DNA from: Chrysomallon squamiferum
Taxonomy: Eukaryota; Animalia; Mollusca
Direction: 5' to 3'
Length of the DNA: 64,000 nt
Assembly: GCA_012295275.1 (NCBI GenBank)
Contig: CM022671.1
Span: 15,810,001 to 15,874,000 of the forward strand
Below are positions 20,835-33,453 of this stretch, one piece after another; within the stretch, counting starts at the first letter, position 1; every line of letters starts with the position of its first letter. The translations under genes were made by a program, and so were the position numbers. The notes below the pieces were generated by a model, which did no database searches, was not told the DNA's origin, and saw only the letters and a program-made list of their open reading frames with translations.

Positions 20835-23800
20835 TCAGACATTGAGTGATTTTTTCACTGCAGTTATAATGTTAAATGGCTGTGGTAGTGCATTTTCTTC
20901 CAGAGTTTTAGCATAGGGCATTGGAACATCTGCACCAGTAACACGCAAAACAGGAGCATCCAAGTAATTAAAACCAGGACCTGCAAGAAACAATAGAAGA
21001 ATTATTTGATTAAGATCCAGTTAGAGAATAAAGTATGTAATAAATAATTTTATATTTTTTTTATTTACTTATTAAATAGAAAAGACACAAATCTGAAATA
21101 AAACTGAAACACTTGAAACAATTTCAAGAATTTTTAAAGATCTGTAAATATGATTTAATCCTTACAGATTTATTGTAGAAATTTTCTTGATCATCAACAG
21201 AATTTTCACCAAATTATTACTTTTACATTTCATTATTACAAAAAATCGATAAATTATGGGGTTTTTTTTATTAAAAAACGAATTACTGATGAAACCTACC
21301 ACCTGAAATGTTCAATGTTTGTTTGTAAAACAAAAATATATAACCATGTTAAATAATATAAAAAAAAACCGACTTAAATAAATTTTAAAACAGTAAAAGA
21401 TCAAATTAAAAGATTATCCGAGAGGGAAAATATCACAATTTTCATATCATATTATACACAGAAAGGTTAAACATCCCTAACAAACTGAGGATGTGATAAT
21501 TTTGAAATTGTTAACTAGTTTAGCAGAGAATAAATTTTTCTCTTTCCTTTTTTTTCACAGTTCTGATGGTGTTTATGGCTTTTAATTTATTAACACAGAT
21601 AACTGAATTCAGACTTTATAAACTATGGACATATATCAGACGTTTTAAATATCTTTCCTTCTTTTCTGAATACTTCGACATACAGCATGCTACATTTCAT
21701 ACATGGTCAAGTTCATTCCCATTACAATAATGAGTTGATTGTTTCCCAGGAATTTCTTCTTACATTCTTTTCATAAAGCTACTAATAACAATACTGTTAT
21801 TTTTAACAATACATTTTAACAAATTAGTGTGAGATGCCATAGTTATTTATCTTATGCTTCTCTCTGTTTGGTTTTTGCAGAAAAGTTTGGTTTTTTTGCT
21901 GTTTTTTCTCTCTATTTTTTCACTTTTCATTTAATTATTATTATTATTATTTTATATGATTTTGGATTGATCAAAATAAATACAGAGACTTTTCCAAACA
22001 AAAGCTATGTTTAGATCTGCTCTTTAAATTGAATTTTGTTTTTAAATTAATAAATTAAACTGAAAAACATACCTTCAACAAGCCTAGCACACACTTCTGC
22101 GCCTACCCCAAACTGAGGCCAACCTCCTTCAACTGTAACAAGGTGATTAGTTTTCATCACAGATTTAACAAAACATTCTTCATCTAGAGGTCTAATTGTT
22201 CGTAAATTTATAACCTGAAAAACAAATATTCACAAATGGTAAGTGCATATTAATAATATATTTTCAGGTAAGTATTGTTCATCAAGCAATCAAATTCTTC
22301 ATAAATTTATAACATGAAAGACATTTAGCATTCATGTCCTATTATTCCTAAATGGTAATTATGAATATCAAAAATCTAGGGTTCAAAGTAAATACCCTTT
22401 AACATATTATTAATATTTTCATAAAAAAAAAAATTAATGCTACTGAATGAATTTCTTAAAAAATAAAATGCTAATGCTTCTAACAAATTTGAAAATACGA
22501 GTTTCACACAAAATCTGTATTTTTCCCTTTGCTAATACTAGCGAAAATATTTTATGAAAACTATTTCTATCAAATTTCTTCTTCTGACTCAAGAATTTCA
22601 CACTATATATATATAATCTTTTTTTTTCCACTTTAATAAAGAATTTTTCTTAATATAAAACAGCAAAGTAATCTGACTGATGGATAGTAATTCAGAAGCA
22701 GAGGAATGAGAAAAAATTAAAAAGAAAATCTGTAATTAAATCCTACTTCACATTCAATTCCTTTTCCTGCAAGTTCATCTGCTGCTTGCAAACAAACTCC
22801 CACTGACTTGGAATGAGACACCAGTGTAATATCCTTGCCTGAAAATACAAATAAGGCCCAGATTGTAATAAATCCACATTCATAATGTTTATAATAAAAC
22901 ATTTATTTTCAGTTTAAATAGATGTTTACAATCTATTAACAGCTTAGTTTCAAATTCTTAAACTTACCTAACAGAATTATCTAACTCAATCGGTCCAAAA
23001 AAATTATTTAAAATTTTAACACAGCACCTTTTGGATTTAAAATGTCACATTTATAATCTAATTTTTCAAGTTTTCAAAAATATAATTAAGTTTATATAAA
23101 GTGTTTATGTATGCTAAGTTTATATAACTAATATGTAAAAATATAACTAAGTTTATATAACTAATATGTAAATATATAACTAAGTTTATATAACTAATAT
23201 GTAAAAATATAACTAAGTTTATATAACTGTAATATGTAAATATTTAGTTTTTATCGTGTGATAAATTGATATATGTTGCATAAATTATTATTATGTAAAA
23301 AACTAAAAATGATACTTTTTTCATATTGTCAAAGACATTTGTCACAATTTTTTTGTGATTTTGACAAGACACAGTTGGTCTAAATTATCCACAGTGCACG
23401 TGTGTGTGTGTGTGTGTGTGTGAATGTATATGCATGTGTACATAGATATATATACACAAACATATATATATACAAAAGAACAGTTTACCTTCCCGTTCTA
23501 TCTTGGCTTTTCCAATTGGAAGAAGATAATCAGGAGACAGTGCTTCATCAGACATTGGCATTGAAACACCATACATGAGTTCATTTTCTAGGAACACAAC
23601 TGCAACAAATATAATTTGTAATTAATATTGCTCGACATGTTAAAATAGAATATGTTTTGAATCCTGTATCCAAAATCCAAAACTTTCTGAGCAGACAAAA
23701 TGGTGATATTTTAATTTCCATATACAAACTTAATTTCACTAACAAAAGTATTAAGAATACTAATTACTATATGCAGATTCCTGCAGAATCTCTGTATACA

Positions 23801-25912
23801 CTACATAATGAAAATTTATATACATGGAATTTATTTTTAGGCTTAGATCCTATTCTCAGATGATGTCCTAATATTCTAAAATCTAAATTTTTTCTTAAAT
23901 TCAACTCTTTTCCCAAATATTTCGGATAAGTGATCCTCAACCTGTACCAGAATTTGTTCCGACTGCCAAATTTATGGATTTAGAAAACATGCTATTTACT
24001 ATTATGCTGCTTGTCTGATCACACCATCAGTATAAATGTATATGAATTTGCAAACTTTCATTTAAGTTTGAGAAGAACACTGATAAAAGAAGTGGATTTG
24101 TTTACCAGGGTCAGGGTCTCTGATTGATGATTTTAACAACCCTTTACAATCTTCTGCTGAGTAAGGTGAGATAACTTTGAGCCCAGGACAAGACCCGTAC
24201 CAGGCTGCATAGCACTGAGAATGTTGTGCAGCAACACCTGCAGATGCACCGTTAGGACCACGAAAAACAATTGGGACGGTAACCTGAAAAACAAAAATTT
24301 AAATTTAAAAAATAAATTAAAAAAAACATTTAAGAAATAAATTAATTTAAAAAGTTACATTCACTTATATATGAAGGGTGTTGGGGAAATATGCATTTCT
24401 TTGTCTTTTTTAAAAAATGTGAAAAACAGAACAGTAACTTAAGATAAAAATATAAATAGAGATAAAAAACAGAGTTACAATTTACTCATAAACGAGATGG
24501 CAAAACATTTAATAATAAAATTAACAGGAACATAAAGCTAGAAAATACATAAACTTTCAAAGTTTTATTTAATGGAATTTGATAAATCTAAAATATAAAT
24601 TTAAAAAAATGTTATTTAAATCTTTCAATGACAAAGATGTGGTTATAAATCTTTTTTATAACCACATCAGTTCAAAATTGTCGAGACAAAAGAATTAGGA
24701 AAGAAAATAATTTAATGAACGATTGTGAAGTTTGTTTAACCACTGACCAGCAATACTTTGATAAACATATATGTTATGTATACTCACCAAACCTGCAGAC
24801 ATGTAGTGTGATTTGGCAGCAGAGTTAATCACCTGATCTATAGCTTGCATGGAGAAATTGAATGTCATAAACTCACAGATTGGTCTAAGCCCAGCCTAGT
24901 AAGGTAATGAAAGATAACTATTTATCTTTGCATGTATTTCTCACTGTAATAAATTTCATATAAAATTTACAGACTAAAATATTCAAATATTTTGGTGGGG
25001 GTTAATGACTCCTGCAATAAACTACCTTAATTGGGGAGAAAAAATCAAATGTTTTTTTCTTTTTTCCATTAATATAGTTTACTGTAGGAGTGATTGCCCT
25101 TGGAAACGTGTACATGCTAAAATTAATATTTGCCAGAATTTTTTGTTTGATTATTTCACCACATGCAGTAAGTTGCATAGGTTATGGAGCTCCAAGATTT
25201 TTGACACCTGTGAACAACATAAATAAATAAGTAACAGATTTGGATATAGTTAGCTATCTTTAGATAATTATAAAAAAATTAACATAAATTACTTGCCATA
25301 GCAGCCCCAACAGCAAGACCTGCAAATCCCATCTGAAATATAAAATAATAGATATAAATAAGTAAAGCAAATTTTCAAACATTTTCAGTAATAATGCATA
25401 TTTATGCAGTATTAAACAGCTGATACAATTATGCATATTTATGCAGTAATAAACTGCTGACACAGCCTGTGAAAATGGAAATCAAATTATGTTGCAGCTG
25501 CAGGTTAAGTATTTCTACTAATAAATAATGTGTTTTTTTTATAAAGTAAGTGAAAAGTGAATACTTTTTATTCTACTTATTAAAACTAACCTCTGTGATA
25601 GGTGTATCTATTACACGTTTACTTCCATATTTCTTCCACAAACCTTTTGAAACCTACAAGAAAACATCATTTGTAAATTATAAAAGTTTAACAAAATTAA
25701 ATATGTTAAACTTTCAGAAATATCCAGTTGTGGTCTTGTTTATTTATTTCAGTTTAAAATTAGCAGTAATAAATCCACAGTATGTATATGCTTTTGTGAA
25801 TGAATGTGTTTGTGTGTATATATATATGTGTGTGTGTGTAAGTGTGTGTGTGTGTCTGTGTGTGTGCCCATGCATATATGTAAACTGTGAATATATGTCT
25901 GATTGGTTTTCT

Positions 25913-25969
<57 letters not shown>

Positions 25970-26790
25970 TTTTTAGATTGCATATAGAAGTGATACAATT
26001 TAAAAACCTTATAAGCTCCATCATACTGTGCAACTTCTTCACCAAGCAAAAACACTTTTTCATCACGAGCAAGTTCTTCATCTAGAGCTGAATTTAGGGC
26101 ATCTCTCACTGTCATCTGTTTATTTTAACATTTAATATCCAAAAATAAAATGATGTATGTGTAAAGTCATAATTTAAAATTAAAATTAAATGTTTTTTTT
26201 CAATATTAAACCGTATTTAACTATTAATATATTCTATTCAAATGATTCTTTGGTATCAATAGTTAAGAGTATGGCTTAAGTTTTTCTTTTGTATCATCGA
26301 AAGGACGTAAATATATGCATTTATCACTAAAATGTACTAAGATGCAGTTAAACATATATTAATTTTGTCGATTCTGGCTTTAAGTTAAAGTTTAACAATA
26401 ATACAAATGATCAAGGTCATTTCCTTACTGTTATGCTTTGAAATGCAACAAAAATAATAATAACCACCAACAAAGCAAGTCTTGATTTATTATTTTTAAA
26501 AATACCTATTCATAACTTAGTCAAATAATTGATAAAATGATAAATATCAGATTGATCTTCAAAACATATTTTTTTTCTCAATCTTACCTGCTGAGCAAAA
26601 TGTGTACAGGAGAGATTCAGTTGCCTTTTAAAAATGTTCACAGCAATACCATGCGATGGAACTAAATGCTGTTAAAGAAAAAAATAATAACCATTAAAGT
26701 ACATGAAATACGTTCAAAAGATTCACACAAAAATGTTGTATCTACAACTGAACGAACCTTAATAAGTCGACAACTCTGTAGAGCTGCCAT
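20835..26790 (-). CDS. PDHB: Pyruvate dehydrogenase E1 beta subunit, mitochondrial, ~365 aa, 11 exons
   Basis: Exons 26758-26790, 26588-26668, 26008-26115, 25591-25653, 25297-25332, 24788-24895, 24106-24283, 23489-23599, 22747-22838, 22073-22214, 20835-20980 (1098 nt). Motifs [83 protein letters not shown]. The N-terminus is basic and presequence-like. Confidence 0.97.
23114..23240. repeat. Minisatellite, 33-bp unit CTAAGTTTATATAACTAATATGTAAAAATATAA, ~4 copies
   Basis: Units start at 23114, 23147, 23180 and 23213 in PDHB intron 8. Confidence 0.92.
23651..23944. mobile_element. Degenerate Tigger4/MER46-like (pogo) MITE, copy 1
   Basis: Right TIR ATTTCGGATAAGTGATCCTCAACCTG followed by TA, and a degenerate left end ...TATCCAAAATCCAAAACTTT. 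Internal similarity to the copy at 54135-54424. Confidence 0.7.
24896..25296 (-). other. GC-AG intron (PDHB intron 5)
   Basis: The 36-nt exon [12 protein letters not shown] is followed by GCAAGT, and the next exon starts AGLRPICEF in phase 0. The nearby GT would break the frame. Confidence 0.88.
25919..25964. repeat. (GT)n microsatellite with an adjacent degenerate GT tract from 25805
   Basis: Directly visible in PDHB intron 3. Confidence 0.95.
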
Positions 26791-27898
26791 TTTGGATGAC
26801 CGCTGTCACACTGTTCCTAGTTTATTCATCCCAAGTACAATCAAACGCGCTCTTCTGTGGTCGTTTTTCCTCCATTTTCTTACGCTTTTTATTTCTCTCT
26901 TTTTCTTTCTTTCATTCTTTCTTATTATTAGTATTAGTATTAGTATTAGTATTATTATTAGTATTATTAGTATTAGTATTATTATTATCATCATCATTGT
27001 GTTGTTTTTGTTGTTGTTTCCAGGATTTAAATGCATTTTTTCACTTCTATGTTATACTAGTTGTTGATGGCTGGCTACTGGTTTTATAAAGAACCGTCTC
27101 GTATGATTTGAAGTTTTAAAAAATATTTTTCAACTGGTATATTTTTTGTATTTTTTGTATTATAATTTTCTTTCGTTATTTGATAGTAATACTAAGTTTT
27201 CTGTCTTGTTTTTTAAATTCTGTTACTTTTCGATGATCCCAACATAAATTTGATTAAATTATGAATTAAGTGTTTCCATTTCTTTTTAAAATCTCGAAAA
27301 TGCCATCAATAACGTATTCATGGTTTATAAAATAAAATTCAAAATGAATAATTATGTAATTATAGCTTGTCGCTAGCCATAGTCTGACACTTTTTTAGGT
27401 TATATTTAATTAAATGAGTCAGAATTTATTGTTGTTGTTGTTATTTTGTTCTGATGTGTGTGTGCGTGTGCGTGTGTGTGAGTGTGTGATGCTTTAAATA
27501 TTTTCACCCATGTATATTTAAAATAATTTTAAAATTAAATAAATAAAAGTTTTACAGTTTGGTAGGCGCAGGGCTTTTTAATTTATTTTATGTAAATTAA
27601 ATTATCTTATTAAAGTATGGAAAATAACAGTCTGCTCAAAACGAAATAAAAGAGCTGAGGATACCATTCTGCAAGGAGAGAGTATACGAAAAATAACAAC
27701 CAATAGAATCTGTCTATTAATTCACATCTAGCGACCCTTTTGCACGCCATCTGAGAAGTATGAAGGACATTTGTGTCAAATGTTGATAAATGAAAATTTC
27801 AATTCTTTCATTAAATGTTATTTATAGCATAATTTAAATTCAATGATAAATTTTAATACATCTTTTTTTTAAAAATAATATAATTTGTTACAGAGAAA
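26791..27898. promoter_or_regulatory. Divergent (bidirectional) promoter region of PDHB and SLC25A3, including a probable non-coding first exon of SLC25A3 (~27720-27757)
   Basis: The start codons are 1.1 kb apart head-to-head, and the region is CpG-containing. CCAAT near 27701. YY1-like AAAATGGC overlaps the PDHB ATG and CGCCATCT lies at 27745. Donor GTATGA at 27758 and acceptor AG at 27892-27893. Confidence 0.65.
26924..26990. repeat. (TTAGTA)n/(TTA)n low-complexity repeat in the PDHB-SLC25A3 spacer
   Basis: Directly visible. Confidence 0.9.
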
Positions 27899-28218
27899 AT
27901 GTTCCAGTCCATCATACAGGCTGCGAGGAGCGGTAACTTCAACAATCCCTTCGAAGCAAGGTGTGAAGGCTTAAAAGTTAATGAAGAAAGAACGATTGCA
28001 GCCGCAGCGGCAATTGCAGGTATAATATCATGTGTAAATATAAATTATATTATTTCTGTTCGGAAATATATTGGATATTATAATAAGACTTTCAGTTAAA
28101 AATCCACAGAATCGTTAAGATCATGATAAACTGAAATACTCAAATACTTGAAATAACATATGATATAATTTAATATACGTGTATAATTCCTTGTTAAATT
28201 AGATATATTGTTCTCGCA

Positions 28219-28250
<32 letters not shown>

Positions 28251-30802
28251 AAACAAAATTGAAGTACAAAGGTTAATACTGAGTAAAACTAATTTATATT
28301 GTCATCTGAATACTCGGACTACTGAATAGTAATGCATGTAACATGAAAAATATCCATTTGAAACCAGAGACTGAATGGTTTAATTAGAATTTATTTAATG
28401 ATTTTTGTATTGCAGAGGGTGATAGTTGTGAATATGGATCAATGCAATTCTATGCACTCTGTGGTTTGGGTGGAATATTGAGTTGTGGTATTACCCATAC
28501 AGCTATTGTACCCCTGGATCTGGTGAAATGCAGGATCCAGGTGAATTCTGCAAAGTATGGCAATATCATCAAGGGATTCCGTGTCACTGTACAAGAAGAA
28601 GGTATGAGAGCACTGGGAAAAGGTTGGGCTCCTACTGCATTTGGTTACTCAGCTCAGGGTCTCTGCAAGTTTGGCTTTTATGAAATCTTCAAGATTTTCT
28701 ACTCTGGACTCCTTGGAGAGGTAATAGCAGTGGCATTGACTACTTGTTTTTAATAAATTACAGTAAGTAAAATTTGCATTAAATTTTTTAGAAAGAATAT
28801 CATCAAATCAATCTTTCAGAATTTGACATCACAAACATAATTATCTTTGAGATTTAACACTGGTGCACAGACGAAATGTTAGTGTAATAACAAGTATTTT
28901 TTTTCTGATAAGTGGATACTTAGTGTGTCATAAGCAATATTATTATGCAAGAAAGATAATAAATAAGTAATGTATATATATTCCAGGAAAATACCTATTT
29001 GTGGAGAACATCACTGTATCTGGCTGCTAGTGCCTCAGCCGAGTTCTTTGCTGATATAGCTTTATGCCCTATGGAGGCAGTCAAAGTCCGCATCCAGACT
29101 CAGCCTGGCTGGAGTACAACATTAAGAGAGGGTCTTCCTAGAATAATGAGAGAAGAAGGATTTACTGGGTAATTACTGTTTTATCTTATGTACTTAGCAA
29201 TTTTTGCCATCAGATAAGTCGTAATATTCAGACACTGTATATACTAACTGAAGTAATATATATTTTGAATGCTGTTCACTTAAAACAGGCTTGACTATAA
29301 TTTGAAATTGCTTGATCTAAAAGTTTTATTTGATTTTTAAATATTACTTCTGTGAAATTAAATGTGTCAGGTTTTAATAATAAAGGAAACAGAATTAGCT
29401 GTTTGAAGTAAACTTTTGTTAAATTAGATGGGTATAATGAATAGCTGATAGTAAATTTTTTTAAAGTAAAATTATTAGTTAACATAATTTTCAGTTAAAC
29501 TGAAACCTGAATGATGAATTATTTTTATTTTCCTCAGACTGTACAAAGGCCTAGTTCCACTTTGGGCCCGACAGATTCCCTACACAATGATGAAATTTGC
29601 ATGTTTTGAACGCACAGTTGAAGCTCTGTACAAATTTGTTGTACCCAAACCAAGATCAGAATGTTCAAAAGGAGAGCAGCTGGTAGTTACATTTGCTGCT
29701 GGGTATATAGGTATGCAGTAATATTTAATTTTGATAGATACTGTAAATAGCATAGTATTATGGCATTTAGGTAAAAATATTAGTATCGGATAACAATTTA
29801 TATTTTGCAATTGTAAACATCCCAAATGCTGTTGATATAAAACTGATTTGAGTGGTGATCATAAAATCTAGTTTCCCATACTTGTTTCATTTCTTGATAA
29901 TACTATTCAAGTTATGGGCATTTAAAGGTTAAGTCCATGTTAACTTCTAAAGTCATCAAATCACATTTCTGATTATTAAAATTAATCACATGATGTTAAT
30001 ATTAAATAAAATAAAACCACTGAAGAGGTATGTTAAAAATAAATGTTTAAAAATATCATTTTCGCATGAATTCCCCAAAACCGGGTGGGGGAAATGCAAG
30101 CATAAAGAATCAGACTTAATATTGTAGAAGATGCATAAATAAAAAAATTATATTTCTTTTTATTTCTAATGTCTTAAAAATTGCAATTCCTAAAGCAAAA
30201 TGATTTTTGGTGTCAGTTTTTGTTTTTACATTGTTATATGTTAATTAATATAACTTTTTAATTGCAACAAATTTAGAACACAATAAAAACCTATTAAAAC
30301 GTGTATGTTTTAATTTCAGCTGGTGTTTTCTGTGCCATTGTATCTCATCCAGCTGACACAATTGTGTCCAAGCTGAATCAGGACAAAGGAAGCAACTTTA
30401 TGACAGTTGCCAAAAATCTAGGATTGCTTGGTAAGTCTGAAAAAATATCACTTACTATTGTTATAAAAGTTTTTTATGATCAAGTTTTTTTTTCTTTTTT
30501 TTTTTTTTATGAAAGAGGATTTTTTACCACTGGTTGAGAACATTTTATCTTTTTTGATTTTAACTTTGATGTTAATTTGATGTTAATTTTATCTTTTACC
30601 ATTTGAATAAAATGTTTTTTCAACTACTGCAGGTATGTGGAAGGGTCTGTTCCCGAGAATCATCATGATTGGTACACTGACTGCACTGCAGTGGTTCATC
30701 TACGACTCGGTCAAGGTTTACTTCCGTCTGCCACGACCACCACCACCCGAAATGCCAGAATCTTTGAAACGCAAGATGGGCCTCGTACCAGAGAAACAGT
30801 GA
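27899..30802 (+). CDS. SLC25A3: Mitochondrial phosphate carrier protein, ~353 aa, 6 coding exons
   Basis: Exons 27899-28019, 28416-28720, 28987-29168, 29538-29710, 30320-30430, 30633-30802 (1062 nt). Carrier signatures [30 protein letters not shown]. PiC motifs [66 protein letters not shown]. Confidence 0.97.
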
Positions 30803-31652
30803 TGTTTAGGCACAATAGGAAATTAAGAGACTTTGGTGTCAGTTATTTATAGGATTAATGGTGACAATTATGTTTCTAAGAAGAGATCAAAGTCTTTGTT
30901 TAAAAAAAAAAAAAAAAAAAAAAAGTAATAATAATTGTAAGATATGACTATTTTTGCTCTGTTGGAACAAAGACTTATGACCCATTCTGAAAAACAGCAC
31001 CTGGTGTGTTGTCAGTAAATTAAAAATAATAGATTTGTTTGGTGTGTCAATTTTGAAATTTTTATCTTTTGTATGACAGTACTTTGTATTCATTAAGTTT
31101 TATAGCATTTTAGATTTTTAAGACTGGGTTTTCTGTAAAATAATGACAAAATTATCATCAGTGACTCATTTTAACTCTACATTTGCAGTGTTAACTTTTC
31201 TCTAACCAGAATCAATCCCAGTCTGATAAATCAGTTTCTAATCAAGAGATTTATTTTTAATAGTGTAGCACAAATCTGATATCAGTATTTATAATATGAA
31301 AATGTACCCAAGATAAGCTATTCATTGCTTCTCCTGAGTCGATATGGTTATCAAGACAGAGCTGAACATTTTTTTTCAGTGAATTTATTTTCAAAAATGA
31401 CCAATTTTATAAGCTTCGCAGTTTCTGGACAAACGTTAAAAATAGCATAAATAGCATCAGGAAATATATAAAAAAAAAAATGATGAAATTGTATAGTAAT
31501 AATTATTTTGGCCTGGATACTTAAGTTACAAGTTGGTCTTTTTTCAGGTCTTCATTTAGGACAGCAAAGAAAAAAATATATTTTGTTTAATACAAATCTA
31601 CATGTATAACGATGGTTTTCATGTTACATAATTCAGACTTGTTGCACAATGA

Positions 31653-31658
31653 AATAAA
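31653..31658 (+). other. Candidate polyadenylation signal of SLC25A3
   Basis: AATAAA followed about 35 nt later by GGTGTTTACTTTTTTTT. Confidence 0.45.
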
Positions 31659-33453
31659 ATTCTGGGTGTGAATTGCCTAAACAAGATCATGGTGTTTACT
31701 TTTTTTTTCTTTTGTTGACGTCCTGAAATTACGATTATAATCATATAAAAATTTAGAATGCATATTGTTTATCGCTACCCTTTATCTTAAAATGTTAATA
31801 AACCACTTAAATACTACTGACTTCATTTTTGAAGAGAAAAAAAGCTAATCACATAACTGCTAGAGGGTGTTATGGGCACTGTCACCATTTTTTTTTTTTT
31901 TTTTAAAGTAATGTCAATGCATGTTTGTGACATCTCATTAAAAAAAAATAGGACAGAAATCTTCATTTTTAAATAATTTCTTTATTTATGTTTGTAGAAA
32001 TAGTGAAAGTTATAAAACTGGTAAATAAATGTTCATACGATTGACCATGTAGTAAAACAAAACAAAAAAGATGTAATATTCAAAAGAATTTTATTAAAAA
32101 AAAAAATAATATTTTTGCTAATAAAATAATAAAAATGAATAAAGTTTAAATGTACAACATATAAAACATTATGTCTAGAGAATTAAAAGCTATAATATAA
32201 ATGGATATTTATGTATACATGTACATAAAAAATCTAAAACATTCTGACTACACTTTTAAGGTCCAATTTATTTCTGATGTCATGTCAGTTAGGAGGTCAA
32301 AAATACATTTTTTTACAGGGCTCTAAAGCCAGATCTATGCATGGGCAGACAAATATGTTTTATTAACAGTTAAAAATCATTTTAAAAAAGAAAAAAGGTA
32401 GACATTATCCATGAAATTAAACTAGTTATACAGAAAATTTAATTTGGTTTGCTGAAAGAGTGATCAAGACATCTGAAATTCCTTTCTTTTATTACTTTTA
32501 GGAAAACTGACTAGATTAAAAATGTCTTTCAAAGCATGTGCACCAAAATCAATTGTTTTCTGTTTATTATTAACCTTTACACAAGAGTATGTGTTATAAA
32601 ATACTTTTCAGTAAATAATTATATAATTATTCTATTTATTTTTGTATCTTTATAAATACATTTAAGGAAAATAAAATCTTCCAAATGAAATGGTGAAGTA
32701 AACAATCATTTGTTTTAATTATCAGAAGTAAATGACATCTAAAATTGTTAGTAATTTTTCACACAATGAATTTTAAAAGAAAAAAGTTTTAAAATCCATC
32801 AAAAGTAATAACATGAAACAAGCAACAATAAATATATTCAAGAAATGTTAATCATTTTCTGTTGAGCATTAAGTTATTTAAGCACTGATATTATGACATA
32901 TAAGCTTAGACATTTTAGACAACAGGATTTCTTTTGGAAGGAAACATTTTAAAATGTCAACAGCAGGAACATAAAAAAAAAAACCCATACAGCTGTAGCA
33001 ACAAACTAAATATGATGAAATGTATTTAGAAAACTGTGCATTTTCTGAAAATCATTGGAATCAAACCACATAATCTATTTTTATTTTTATTCATTTTGAA
33101 TTCCTTTTTTCATACTGGCCACTTTAATCGTCGGGATTTAGTCATAACTACTGTCAATGTTTATTTAAAACATATATCAAACATCAAGGTCTTTTTCTAA
33201 AGACTTCATTAAAAAATACATATATATAAAATGGATTATAAACTTTTAATATATAAATTCATGCATAAGACTAAACTAAAAACACAGATTTTGTTTTAAA
33301 GCCGTGTTACTAGGTCACACTGATTCACATCACAAAGTACGAAAGACAAAATATAAATAATAAATGAGCTAAAATGAACACATGCAAATGAATAACATAT
33401 TGATAACATACACGGTCTTAGTAAGAAATGCTAAAGTTACATTTTGGCAGAGA

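Noticed and set aside
20829-20837. PDHB stop in a leaky TGA-C context
   Set aside because: Readthrough would add only two residues before TAA, with no targeting signal.
23114-23240. Regular 33-bp repeats as a CRISPR-like array
   Set aside because: Head-to-tail identical units with no unique spacers and no cas genes, in a eukaryotic intron.
26791-26840. CAGTGT in the PDHB 5' leader inside a loose hairpin (possible iron-responsive element)
   Set aside because: There is no 5-bp upper stem closing the CAGUGN loop and no correctly placed C bulge.
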